Origin: Klebsormidium nitens
Taxonomy: Eukaryota > Plantae > Klebsormidiophyceae
Assembly (NCBI GenBank): GCA_000708835.1
Contig: DF237141.1
Location: 1 to 64,000 of the forward strand
Reading direction: 5' to 3'
DNA length: 64,000 bases
The translations under genes were made by a program, and so were the position numbers. This document shows positions 41,031 to 52,759 of this stretch, piece by piece (the stretch's first letter is position 1; every line of letters starts with the position of its first letter). The notes below the pieces were generated by a model. It saw only the letters and a list, made by a program, of their open reading frames with translations, made no database searches and was not told the DNA's origin.

Positions 41031-42402
41031 GCTGCTCATGTGGCCAGTTGAGTTCCTTTCAGAATAAGCAGAGTGCTCCGCTCGGAAGGAGTTTGCCTCT
41101 CAGGGTTTGACGGCCATTCTTCACGCGTTTGAAACACCTTGTTACCATGGTCCGTGAGCACCAATATCGATGTTAGGTTTAATGAAACTTGACTCTTAGT
41201 CAAAAGTCCTGTCAAACTGAAGCTCAGTTTGTCATGGGAGCTTCTCCCAGTTGCACTGCATAGGTGCTAGACACTGTCCTTGTCAATTTGTAAGTAATAA
41301 ACCGATGTGGCCCTCCCAAGTTTGGGCAAACTTCCAATCTTCTGAATCCTTTTTAGTCCTAATCGGCATGAGCCGCTGATTACGTACAACCAGGAACGGG
41401 ATTCTGCCCATCTCGATAATCCATCTTCTTTTTGCTTCTCTTTGCTTCTCTTTGCGGATGTGCATGACTGCATCATATGGTAATCCGCAATACTCCCTTA
41501 TCTATACACATGACATTGCGGGTGGCAATCATAGCTATGTCCATTGTTGCAGGGCCCATGCACAACAGAGAGCCAAACGGTCTATCTGCGCGGTCCCGTT
41601 GTGCAGAAATGTTATAAGCGCAATCAAACGTCATGTGCTGCAGACATGGCAAATCCGACTCAACCACTACAAGTCCATATCGATTCTACGATGACTTGCC
41701 GGGTTGAACGCAGTCCATGCCGCAATGTCGAAATGCATGTAAACCTCAAATACTGGGTGCACCATCATGAAAACATTGTCTCAAGCTGTACACAGCATGT
41801 GCAGAGTCGGCGAACATTTCGAACATTTTTCACATCTTTCGGGGTTCGATCTGTAACTTCTGCACATGAGCCGTCAACGCGACTGAGGGCAATCGGGCAA
41901 CAACACTGAGCGCAACTTATTGTACTTGCGTTGCCATCATTCATGCTGAGGAGCGATTGCCAGAGTGGATGAAGGACTGCAGCTTGACTACAGGTATGTA
42001 TCATGATCGGAGAAGGCATGCACAGAAATCCTTTTCGAATTGAAATATGCAGTTAGTTGCTGTCTTTAGCATCTCAACTTCCTTGCGATGCTTTCTGCCA
42101 CAAATTTAAGCACGCATGGAGTCTGGTTGACGATACAGAGTTGAAGATTCAACAGCCACTTAGCATTTCTGGTAAGCTCCATTGTCATCGCATCCGCAGA
42201 GACTTGCTAAGACGGGTCCACAAAGGACAGGCAGCTTAAACGCATTCTTAAACCCCAAAGTCCAGCATCTTATCTGCTCGTAACAGCAGTAGCGCCGCAA
42301 CTACCTAGATGCGAGGTTGATGCCGCCGTTTCAGAGTGGCATGCATACGCTACAGGTACAACTGTTCGAAGCTCCTTAGCGGTAAACAGTAGGCAGTTGC
42401 TG

Positions 42403-43617
42403 TCATAGAGGCTTTTGCTCGGAAGGGTTTGCACCTCTCGATGCTGTGGCGCCCTCTCTCTGCATTCTAAGCAATTTCATCCGGGCCTGAACTTCACGCA
42501 ACCGGTTTTCTGACCCCCGCATCCGGCCATAAGAGAAAGCGAGCGCCGCAGATAGGCTGCCTGCAAGGAGGACAAAGTCGAGGGGCAGTGATTACTTCTT
42601 CAATGAGTAAAGGGACAACAGAATCTACATGGCTGACCAAACGATTCAAGGGGACACCACCTTGTTGTTGACGCTGAAAAGACACCCGCCTGAGTCTGAA
42701 GAGCACTGAGAATGACCTAACGTATTTTGGATTTGAGGACAGCTTCCAGCTTCTGGTTTCATACAAACACCGAGATAAGGAGAAAACTGGCAAGAAACTC
42801 ATTCGTCTGATGTGGTCGACCAAGCTCCAGGTTGATGGTGCAGCCAACAACTCAACAAGAGTCTGCCAATTAGATACTCAGGTTCTCAAAGGGGCACACG
42901 GTCCTTCCTTCTTTCTTTCAATCCTCTACAAATGCATCCACTCAGCTTAATAATCCTACGGGGTCTGTATGAACCAGCGGCAGCCGGCGTTCTGGTTTGC
43001 CTCTGGAGTCTGGAGCCACGATTCTGAGCAACTAACCACCGACTCGATGCACCACAGAGAATGAAACCAATTGGTTTTAAAAAGATACTCGTGGTCGAAT
43101 TAAAGGGTGTTTTGCGCAACCAGCCCCTCCGTGGACCAGACGAGAAAACCGCAACATCTGCCTAGGGCTAGGCCACCCATCTATGGATGAAGTGCCCCTC
43201 AAGTTGTGAAGAATCGCGGAGAGGGGCTCAAAAAGTTGCCTGGAGAAACGTTTTCTCACCACCTTTGAAGTTCACCAGGTCAATGTCCAAAAGTTAAGAT
43301 GGTGGCACAACCACACGCATAATGAGGTGAAGGCACCAGTGAACCTGCTGAACAGAGCCAGTCAATCAAACCACACGACCTTGCAGTGTTCCCATTTGTT
43401 GAGGTTCTGCCCCAAAACAACTCAAACTTGCACTTCCATGAGCGGGTTGGTACAATGTTGAAGCACGCAAGCAACGCCTGACTGCTGTATACTCACCAAA
43501 AACAGTGATGTATGAATACCACACGTATGGATAAGTGTGAAAGTGCTCCTTTGCTGCATAAAACTTCCCCTCCCAGCTCTCCTGCCCCTCCTGCGGACGG
43601 TCAGCACTATCTACCAT
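42403..43617 (-). CDS. ~92-aa single-pass membrane microprotein; exons 43617-43497, 42560-42403
   Basis: Spliced product MVDSADR...AKEHFHTYPYVWYSYITVF|GSLSAALAFSYGRMRGSENRLREVQARMKLLR...; donor GTGAGT, acceptor CCTTGCAG, phase 1. Resembles a small land-plant family with HF..YPYVW.SY...(Y/F)G plus a basic coiled coil (recalled as At5g03460-like; unverified). Confidence 0.7.
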
Positions 43618-44500
43618 GGTCTAAGATGGTTTGGCTTAACGGATGCACAAGCTCCTCGATGCCAATTTGCTGGCCGTTCAGCGGACCTATACGGCGGCTT
43701 TAGCTTGCACGGCTTTGCAGAACTTGGCAGCTGTACTTGCTACCTACTTTCACAAGCTGATTAATCTGCTATCGGCCCCTTATCGCTTCTCATACGTCAT
43801 ACCGTCCAGCAGTGAAGCAGTTCGAAGCCTCAAATTAGGGACCGGGAGGAGTTGTCAATCTTGCAAAAGCTGTTGGGGCCAGTCAAACCGAAGAGGCTCT
43901 CCCTTCCTCCTCCCTTCCTTTCCTGCAGCTGCTTGAGCCTTGAGCGTCCCCCTTCTTCGGACTTCCGCCCTCTTCCTGTGGCGAACAACTAGAGCTGAAG
44001 CTTCTTGGGCTCCAAGTTCCAACTTCGAAGTCCATCCATTGCAACAATTTCCACCAATGAAAATATTTCAAGAACCATTACCGGGCAACCCTCTCGCGAT
44101 TGGGCCGGATGCATGGCAGTCCTACCTGGCATGAAAACCATCCACGTGTCCCGCTGCCGACAGTGTGACACCGAGTCTACGTGGCTTCTGCAGTGGTGCC
44201 GCGGTGAATTCTCGGCCAGGAATATTGGCTGCTCAAGATTCCTTGATCCTCGGACAATTTTGACGGCCCAACAGGCTACAGAGACTCGGAGCTCTGCTCA
44301 AGGAAGGACTGCGCCACAGAAGCAGAAGGCGCAGGGTGGAAGGCTATCGCGGCCAATTGGGGGTTCTGTGAGGACTGCATTCTGTCTTTCCTGCAGGAGC
44401 GAGGTGTGACAGAGCTGCTGTAGGTCTTTTAACGTCTTTTAGAAAGGGCGCGGCAGCCAGGGCGGCTCTTGTCGTCAGCAGTTCGAGCGCAGAATGGGAG

Positions 44501-45676
44501 ATGGTCTATATGGTCTCGTGCGTCGCAATGCCGACAGTGGCTGCTCTTGCTGTCATGCTGGCTCGGTGGAAGGGCAAGAAGCCTGCCCCGTCTGTCCCCT
44601 TGTCAGGCAAAGCCCCCTCTCCTGAGGTTCAAGAAAGTTCAACAAGCAATCTGAAGTCCTGCAGTGATGACAGCATAGCATCCCCCCAGCATTGCAGAAA
44701 GCGGAGGGGAAAGTCACAGAGAAAAGAGAGCAATGAAAAGATTATTAGGCGGGTCACCAGTTGCCCCGACTTTGCGGTTGTTCGGGTGCTGAAAACGAGC
44801 GCCAAGAGCGGGCGGCAGGCGTCGTACAGCAACCTCAAAGATCGGCGCCTGCAAGACGAGATTGCGAAACTGGCTGATAAGCTATTGCACCAGGCAGAGC
44901 GGCGGTGTGAATGGGGGCAGGACTGTGGGTGCGAATGGGGGCAGGGCTGCCAAAAGTGGGGCTGTGACTGTGGAGAGAGTTGTCAGCAAATAAGCGCTTT
45001 TGGTGGGGCGAGCGCAGAGTGGTTCTCAGATGCGGCGATGTCAGACCGGGGTCGAAAGGCGTGCGCGTCGCTCGATGCGCTGTGGGCCAGGCGCGCGGTG
45101 ACAAACCGGGCGAAACAGGTGGAGAACTTTGTGACGAAAGGGATCCCCTCAGAGGCGGAGGGGCCCTCTGGGAATAACCGCGCTGTGGCAAAGCAGGGAA
45201 CGGGAATGCAGGGTGATGCGACGGTCGGGGTTGGTAGGAAAAATGAGCAGAAAGTAGGGGGGGCGCTGATGGGGCGATTAGACTACTACGACCAGCTGCG
45301 GCTGGCCTTGTTTGAGAAAACAGATGCAGCGCGAGTGAGCGTCCGTCGCTCGCTTCTGTCGGGGGCGCTGGCGAGGCCTGGAGACTGCAATGTGGTGAAA
45401 TACTGGGGAAACCAGGATCGCGCCGGCGGCGTTGCGGAAGCGGGGCTGAGGGGAGAAAGCGACATGTTGTGGAGTGTCAGCACGGATGCAATCGTAGAAA
45501 GCTGGGATTTGAGGGCGGCGCACACACCGGTGCTGCGCCACGTAATGCAGCTAGGGGAAGGGAAGTGGGGCGTGAAAGGTTTGGAAGTGACTGGCTCGCA
45601 GCTGCTTGTCAAGTTGGCCGCTGAACAGGAGATTAGCTTAGACGGAAGAAGACTGACGGGAGCAGTGACATGTTGA
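44501..45676 (+). CDS. intronless orphan protein: N-terminal hydrophobic anchor, Cys/Trp-rich segment, C-terminal WD40-like fragment
   Basis: 391-aa ORF with ATG. N-terminal PTVAALAVML-ARWKGKK; CEWGQDCGCEWGQGCQKWGCDCGESC; LWSVSTDAIVESWDLR resembles one WD40 blade. Confidence 0.6.
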   Translation: MVYMVSCVAMPTVAALAVMLARWKGKKPAPSVPLSGKAPSPEVQESSTSNLKSCSDDSIASPQHCRKRRGKSQRKESNEKIIRRVTSCPDFAVVRVLKTSAKSGRQASYSNLKDRRLQDEIAKLADKLLHQAERRCEWGQDCGCEWGQGCQKWGCDCGESCQQISAFGGASAEWFSDAAMSDRGRKACASLDALWARRAVTNRAKQVENFVTKGIPSEAEGPSGNNRAVAKQGTGMQGDATVGVGRKNEQKVGGALMGRLDYYDQLRLALFEKTDAARVSVRRSLLSGALARPGDCNVVKYWGNQDRAGGVAEAGLRGESDMLWSVSTDAIVESWDLRAAHTPVLRHVMQLGEGKWGVKGLEVTGSQLLVKLAAEQEISLDGRRLTGAVTC

Positions 45677-46989
45677 CAGGACGGCGTTAGGACAAGTAGG
45701 CGCGGGCCAATTGCCCATTTTGGTGTGGGCCACTGAGGCAGTTGTTCGACCGTAGATGTATACTGAAAGTCGGGAGTGAACGAGACAAGTTGAGTTGCCT
45801 TAGAAGTTCATTTGTAGAGTAGACTCGGATCACACCCTTCGACGACGGGCAGTTCTTTACAGGTTAGGAAGTGCATCGTGTTCATTCTGTAACATAGTCC
45901 ATCTTTTGGGTTTTGTGGTCTGGTAAATTTGCAACGTAAGTGTACAAGCGGTGCTTTGCTAGCTGAACATCAAGTCGTCAATTCTGACAGTGCTAGCGGT
46001 CCCCACGGACATGTATTTTGCTCCTCAAAATACTGGTCAGGCAGGCCAACCATTTGTACCTTTGCTTCGAACCAGGTTCGACATTCATTACATGCTTGCC
46101 GCCAAGTGCAAATGGAACAATCACGTTTGCCAGTGCGAGGCTTTCAAGTCTAAGAAGGAAAATTTTTGCGCGTTCGTTTTAGACACATGTGAAGAGGACG
46201 TACGCATGACAATTCACTCTGGCAGAGTGTGACTGTTCTGAGCCAATGTATCATTCAGCATGGCCAGCGTTTGCAAGTCTCATGTATCTGGATTTGCAGC
46301 CAGGACTACGGTAGTGACGTAATACATACACACAGCTGTCGCACGGAATGACTAGCAAGCTAGACATACCAGTCATTCCCATCAGCTTAGCAATCTGGGC
46401 ATTCGTTTATCACAACATTCATGTACGCTTCTCAGTCATTCGAAACCTAGCTCGAAACCCAGTAAGAAGGCCTCAATGATAGCTGCAGAGGGTCACTGCA
46501 TCTTCAACATTGTTTGTTGTGCCGTTGGCCGGGGACGAACTTCAAGTTGGGGTGAGGGATACTACATAGGTAGTCGCCAGCTTGAATGGCATGACGGGGA
46601 TGGATCATTATCATCCAGAATCATTCTCGTGCAGATGTAGGCAAGCTAGCGTCTAGAAACGAGCACCGACAATTACTCTAAACGTGAGTCGATGTGCGCG
46701 ATCTTGTTGCAGCGTGATCATGAAGTCTGATAATCTCTCGATCGACTATGTGGGCTGAATTCACATGTTTACTTTCAAGTGTTTCACATGTTTATGAGTA
46801 AGCTACTGGGTTCGCAGTCGAGCAGAAACATGTTGGCCGTTTGGCGTCGTTTGCATCGTTTAACCATTAGTGTCAAGGTTTGAATACACGAATAGTGCTG
46901 AATCAACATGTATTGCAGTCTGATGACTTTGCAATCTGAAGGTTCCGTTTTCAGCATCTCGGCTGCGCCCATGTGCATCCCTCTTCGCC

Positions 46990-48169
46990 TCTCTCAGTCT
47001 AACAACCTCTGCGTGCCCGGCAGAGCAGGGTACCTCCCACAAGTAATACAACTCCACTACCTCAATCTTAAGAGTCATATCTGCTAAGCAACTTCGAAAC
47101 GCTGAGGGCCATATATCATCCAAAACAGGGTGGCGTACAAACTGAGAAGACCCACAATAACGTTCCAAGCAATAAAGATAGATGTGGGTTTAGAGGGACG
47201 TCCGACTGACTGACGACTTGAATCCGTTGTACCGATTGCCTAGCTGCTTGCAGTTATCTGGGAATCCAACATAAGTGTTCCTTTTGGGCGCTTTGCGTAG
47301 TTTCAAACTCAGCCTTGTGCCCTCCCTCCCTTGAGCCCTTCAGACGGGTCGGGCAAGATTAGCGGCCCCAAGCTTCGGACAGCTGTCCTTGGTATCAATT
47401 CGTTCATCGCCGCGAAGGTCATGTAGACAGCCAGGACCACCACGAGAATAAAGGTGACCCGGAGATATGCAAGTATGAGAACCTCTGCTTGCTCGCGGGC
47501 AGACAGCTTCTTTCATTTTTGAGTTGTCTTTGCGCTCCGAATCCCTTGTCTCTTCTCGAATTTACCAGATTAAGACCGTGATGCCGAATCCACGGGCGCA
47601 GCGAGCGGCCGTTCAGAACCCTCCTTTCCTGCCCTTTGTCGATTCCACATTTAAGCTGCTCCGAGTCTGGTATACCGTATTGTGCTGCTTCCTGCGAAAG
47701 CAGCAGGGGCATACCCCACGAAGTCCATGATGTGCATCCTTAAAAGGATCAAAGTTGCGCAAAGCACCTTAAAGAACGAAGCCCAGTACTTGACGGTTCT
47801 CAAATGACAGGGACGCGTACGCACAGCGGTTTCGACCAGCCGCGGCTGATTACACGCGCTGTTGGGCGCCGGTACCTGGTACGATTTGCAGTGGGCCCAA
47901 CGAATGTGAACTCAGGCTCGAATGCTGATCGAAACGCGTCTTCGGGGAAAAACCATGGCCAGCATCTAATCACCTTGAGAAGACCAGCGTCTGTTTCTCC
48001 AAATAGGGAAACGTTACGTCCGAGGCACTTCTTGAGCAGAAACTTTTTCATCACATCTGGCTCGGGGAGATTCAACCGGGCACCCGGGAAGCTGTGCTGA
48101 AGCCCAGCGCACCGCAGAGCAGACGCATACATGTAAGTCACACCAACAAGCCATTGGCCGTTGCTTCAT
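46990..48169 (-). pseudogene. decayed paralogue (copy E) of the unknown membrane-protein family
   Basis: Homologous blocks in shifting frames: ARLNLPEPDVMKKFL..LLKVIRC; YQVPAPNSACNQP..VKYWASF; AMNELIPRTAVRSLGPLILPDPSEGL; LSLKL..YVGFPDNCKQLG; SIFIAW. At least 4 frameshifts and 2 stops (e.g. TAA 47651-47653). The 3' boundary is approximate. Confidence 0.85.
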
Positions 48170-48346
48170 ATTGCCAATGTCCGCCTCTTGGCGAGCCTCG
48201 GACTTCCTCAATGCTGCCGGATTTTGGAGTCGACAGTTTTTAGCTCCAGCATCAGAAACTTCCAGAGTGCGCGGCAGCCCGGCCGTGGCAGCTGCCTCGC
48301 GGCCGCACCGCGGTCAGGGTTCGGCATACATGCCAGTGCCGGTGCA

Positions 48347-48356
48347 CGCGGCCGCG
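48347..48356. promoter_or_regulatory. CGCGGCCGCG palindrome upstream of copy E
   Basis: Exact 10-bp palindrome ~180 bp upstream of the ATG. Confidence 0.5.
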
Positions 48357-49393
48357 CGGTCGCACGCTCCGGGTGGATCAGAAGGCAGCTTTAACATCAC
48401 GTCACCTCGTGTTTGAAATAACACAGCCGTCATGAATATCTCAAGAGGGTAACAAGAGCGTCAGCGCAGCAATCTCGACGTTCTCGCGTCACGTGCGTGT
48501 TTCATTGTTGCTTTATCTGTCTGGCGACGCTTAGCTTCTGCCTAACTTCTGGCGATAAAGATCCTACGGACTCCGTAATGTTATTCTGGCCCCCTTCTGC
48601 TGGACCCACGTTCTGTCCTTAAGCTGAGCTGACGCACACTCATACGCCTCGACGAGACGCTCTTGTTGCCGTTCGCTCAGGTCCGAGTCTCTCTTCCTCT
48701 CTGATGAAGTTCTTATCAAGAAGCCCCATGCCAGGCTCGCTCGTTACCGTGTTGCTTGAAGAACACGGCTCCAGGAGGCAGAGACGGTGAACATCGTTAT
48801 CTCGTACGCATGTGGAGCTGACGCCAAAGGTACGCATGTGAGTCACCGCGAGCAATAGCTGTCGCTAGGCATTAATATGGGAACCAACGGAGAGCCTACT
48901 GAAAGTCTCATTAGGGGCGTATATATCTGCATAGGTCTGATAGAATCAAGTGCCCGATATGCCAATACACATGAGTGGCTGCACTCTCCGCACCGTTGCA
49001 TCGTCTGCTTGGGCCAGTACTCTTGACATGAGACACGAAAGAAAACGCAAGATCAACATTCAAACCAATAAGCAGCATGTGCTACTGATGCCACGTCTGT
49101 TTGAACAAGTCGTCGGAATTGAAGGTCCATTTGAAGCCACGAGTCGTCGATCAGATCAGCCACTTTGTTATCATGAGGCATCTGAAGTCGAGGTAACATG
49201 CCGGATTGGAGTAAACATCAATACGAGACATCTCAAACTCTACTGCCAACATCTTGTCCGTCACGTCTAGTAACGCCCACTCCTTAAAGAGCGGACCAAA
49301 GCGCTTCTCTTGTTTCAAATTTTCCTTGATACAGTCTCACGTTCCGGTCCAGCATAGTGATAGATTGATTGCTAGATTAACGGCTACTGCTCG

Positions 49394-50584
49394 TTATTGA
49401 CAGAGTTCACCACTTATTCGAATGGGACGTTTGCCCATTTCAGTCTCGATTTCTCCCTTCCGTTCTATAAGCTCCACACGCAGAGCAGAGGCTACTTCTT
49501 TCAGCTGGTCGGCCTCGCACGTCCCGAGGAAGAGGAGAACAAGCGCCACATTTCCCGCGACGCTCAGAATGACGACCCAAAAGGCTGCCAAGTACAGGTG
49601 AAGGGACCCCAATTTTGTCAGCCACACAAGGAGGAACCGCTTCGACTTCGAGGGTCCGGTTTTCGCGGGCGCCTCGATGCCGCCGTACGGGTCGCCCAAG
49701 CGTTCGCAGTTGTCCGGAAAGCCCACGTAGAAGCTCATCTTTGGCGTTTTGCACAGCTCCAAGCTTAAGCTTCCGTCCATCTCTTTTAGGAACTGGTTGA
49801 GGCCCTGTGAGGGGTCCGGCAAAGCAACCGGCCCCAGGCGCTGAATGGTCGTCTTTGGGAACATCTCCTTCATTGCCGCGGAGGTCGTGAAGGCAGTTGC
49901 CACCAGGATGAAGATCAAGGAGAGCATATCATAGGATGTGATGAGATTACTGGCGTGCTCACGCGAGGCCATACTTTTCACACGCTCTTCCGCGTCCGCT
50001 TCCATTTCTGATTCATAATCAGGTTCCGCGAACGGATCCCCGCCCGCTGCCTCTTGGGGTGCCGCTTGTGGTTCCGACGCAGGCGCTTCCAGATCCGGAG
50101 CGGAGGGCTCTTCCGGCGGACTCGCTTTCCAGCGGTTTTCCAAAAAAGTACCGGCAGCGAAAGGGACCCCCAGAATCACGGTAGAGAGGAGTAAAAAAGA
50201 CAAGCTTACGTAGACTGCTATGAACGAAGCCCAGTACTTAAAGGAACCCACGTGGTGATGATGCACAACAGTCTCTACTGGGGGCGGAAAGTTGCACGCC
50301 GTGTCAGGTGCCTGCACTTGGTAGAACTCGTAGGCAGGTCCAACGCTTTTCTTCGTGCTTCTAAGTTTTGGTTGGCACTTGATGACCTGGAGAGGTCGGG
50401 GGCCCTCCGCTCCAAACAGGGGGTTGAACAGATTTGTGGCGTTGTTCATCAGAAAGCTGTTCACCAAGTATGGCGCGGGGAGAGTCAACCGGGAAAGCAC
50501 TGGCCCGCTGCTGGAGCCCTGGACTAAGGTGGAGGTGACAGAGATGAGGAAAAACACGGCGGCTACAGCAGGTAGCCGGTCCAT
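49394..50584 (-). CDS. unknown-family signal-peptide multi-pass membrane protein, copy A (396 aa, intronless)
   Basis: Uninterrupted ORF with signal peptide. Blocks RLTLP.PYLVN.FL.NNAT, PLQVIKCQP, GPAYEFYQVQAP.T.CNFPPP, PDLEAP and LGPVALPDPSQGLNQFL...LSLELCKTPKMSFYVGFPDNC.RLGDPYGG are shared with B, C and D. Confidence 0.9.
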   Translation of the reverse strand: MDRLPAVAAVFFLISVTSTLVQGSSSGPVLSRLTLPAPYLVNSFLMNNATNLFNPLFGAEGPRPLQVIKCQPKLRSTKKSVGPAYEFYQVQAPDTACNFPPPVETVVHHHHVGSFKYWASFIAVYVSLSFLLLSTVILGVPFAAGTFLENRWKASPPEEPSAPDLEAPASEPQAAPQEAAGGDPFAEPDYESEMEADAEERVKSMASREHASNLITSYDMLSLIFILVATAFTTSAAMKEMFPKTTIQRLGPVALPDPSQGLNQFLKEMDGSLSLELCKTPKMSFYVGFPDNCERLGDPYGGIEAPAKTGPSKSKRFLLVWLTKLGSLHLYLAAFWVVILSVAGNVALVLLFLGTCEADQLKEVASALRVELIERKGEIETEMGKRPIRISGELCQ

Positions 50585-50824
50585 ATCTGCTCGCTTATAG
50601 GTGAAGCGGCAGAGCGTCTTGGCAAGGAATAACCAGTATGTATGTGACAGGAAGATGGGAAGAATAAGCGTTCAAAAAGACGCCGCTGTTGTAAAGTGGA
50701 GAGCGAAGCTGCTGTTTCCGCATTTTTTGAACGCTCTTCGAAATCTCTCTGCTTTCGAAACTGGATTTGTTCACACGTTAGTGTGGTGACCCAAGCCCAC
50801 TGTGTGTGGTGACTTGGCGGGCCG

Positions 50825-50834
50825 CGCGGCCGCG
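50825..50834. promoter_or_regulatory. CGCGGCCGCG palindrome upstream of copy A
   Basis: Exact 10-mer ~240 bp upstream of the ATG. Confidence 0.5.
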
Positions 50835-50937
50835 TCGACAGATTGACGCGGTGCTGCAGGCGGCAGCGCGCAAACTCACTCTCCTTGCACTCTCAAGGTT
50901 ACGTTACCTTCTGGTAAGAAATATGTTATAAATTTGT

Positions 50938-51643
50938 TCAGAGCGATTGGAGCGTCGGCGTAGCAATCCGAAAGCTGTGAAGCGTCCAATATGCATCAAT
51001 CGTCGGTTCAATCCCGGCCGCCGACTTTTCGAAACCTTCCCTTTTGTGAGCTACGTTAATTACCAGCGTTTGTGCGGTCAATTCCTGCGCGAAGACGTCT
51101 TCGCGCACCGCGTCCAGCCGCTCGTCAAATTTGTCAGTCCTACTTTCGACCTTGGTAGAGATGACATCCATCGGGCGCTGCCTCTGTCCCCAGGGCACGG
51201 GCAAAATGGCGCCCCTCCGACCCTGCTCTTTTTCAAAGTCGGTTCAAAGGTCGATGACGTGTCCAGAGTCTGGAGATGGTTGGCGACATTGCTGTTCAAG
51301 TCGGAAGGCAAAGTAGTCCTGTGACGAAAACGGAAAGGGATTGACGCGAAAGCTTTCTGGCGCCAAGATGAATGACGCAGACATCGGCACTTCCATTTTC
51401 ACTCTTTCGTCGCTGCGGAAGTGTGACGGACTCGGGTTCAACCGAACCGGAACGAGAGGCGGGAGCTTTTCTACTCAGCTCGGAGCTCTCCACAAAGTGA
51501 CCCCCGGCCCCTGAAATACAACCGACCTGCACAACGGAGCGATTGAAAGACGAAGCCGCAGACGTCACTTTCTTCTGGGTCGACTGTTTCCCAGGCTTGC
51601 GAAAAGCGCTATCTACCCGCCCTCCTCGCCTGGGCTTTCCCAT
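50938..51643 (-). pseudogene. possible decayed unknown gene (two same-frame ORFs split by a TGA at 51244-51246, plus an upstream ATG ORF)
   Basis: QDYFAFRLEQ...HVIDL*TDFEKEQ...ILPVPWG...SAAGIEPTIDAYWTLHSFRIATPTLQSL. A more degraded homologue lies near 54250-54420. No family recognised. Confidence 0.3.
50954..51029 (+). ncRNA. tRNA-like element 1 (degenerate tRNA or tRNA-derived SINE head)
   Basis: 7-bp acceptor stem GTCGGCG/CGCCGAC, then TAGC at positions 8-11. T-arm GTCGG-TTCAATC-CCGGC. 72 nt followed by TTTT. D and anticodon arms are non-canonical. Confidence 0.5.
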
Positions 51644-52759
51644 CCCGTTCCACAGACCTTATATTCGGACCGGGCGTTTACTAAGCCTGGCTTAATGATT
51701 GCCCGGTAAATGTTTGCTCTTAGTTCACTGCCTTCCGCTTCCCTGCTCTTTTTCTGTCATACTTATGTGCGCTGCGAAGCGCTCCGCAAAGGCCGACCCG
51801 GGCAGCCACAGGAGGGTTTCTGACGCCCGCGGCTGGCCGCGCGGCCGCATCGTTCAGATTACTCCGGGCGGGCACAAAGGCTTACTCTACAGTATTGTTT
51901 CTGTGTTGACTTCAACAATGTTGATTCGTGTGCCATGAACTTTACAGATTCAGCCATCGACCTCCATATTTCTTAGGTTTTCTCCTTCTTTGCAAAGCTT
52001 TTGTCCAGCACTTTCCAATGTATGCTGGATATTCCTAGACCAATACAATCTGCACGAGTTACAGAAGCTTATAGAATCTTCCTTTTGGATGATTTTGAAG
52101 CCCTCTCACTCGCGCTCGATTCAAGTCCACGGTACTAAAATGTTACTTTCTTTAGGAGGAAAATCAGGAACGAGGTACCAACGCTTACTAAGGCGGCTGT
52201 GCTGATTAACGGCTGGGAAGGCCTAGCAACATTGAAGAACAATGAAGTAACGCGTTTGAGAGGAATTGTGTGTTCCCATCGAACTAACTCTGCAGTAGTA
52301 AACATGAGTGCGGGGCTCGTGGCGTAGTGGCTGCACGCGAGAATTTTAAGCCGCTACGTCGCTTTGTTGCCCTAAACATAAGTACCAGATTCACCATTGA
52401 AAAAGCATGCTTTCATGCATTCAAAGGTCCTTGTAGATCCGGCTGAATGCATCTAAATCTCGGGGCCCATTAAAATCATGGGAGCTGCTAGCTTTCGGTC
52501 TCGAGAATCGCTTCCCTTATCAGAACGTAATCGACATTAAGATAATGGTCCGAAGTAAAGACATTCTGCGACGAGACAAAGTAGACCCTACTTGTTTATC
52601 GTATCTACTAACTTCCTCTCATCAAACAACCAGAACGTTAAAGCTTCTCTTCCTGTTGAAACATTTTAACAGAGTTACCGATTCCTGGCAAGCATAATTG
52701 ATAGGATAGCTGCTACTGCGGAAGTTTTAATCGGACCGAGAGAACCATGTCTTCGATTG

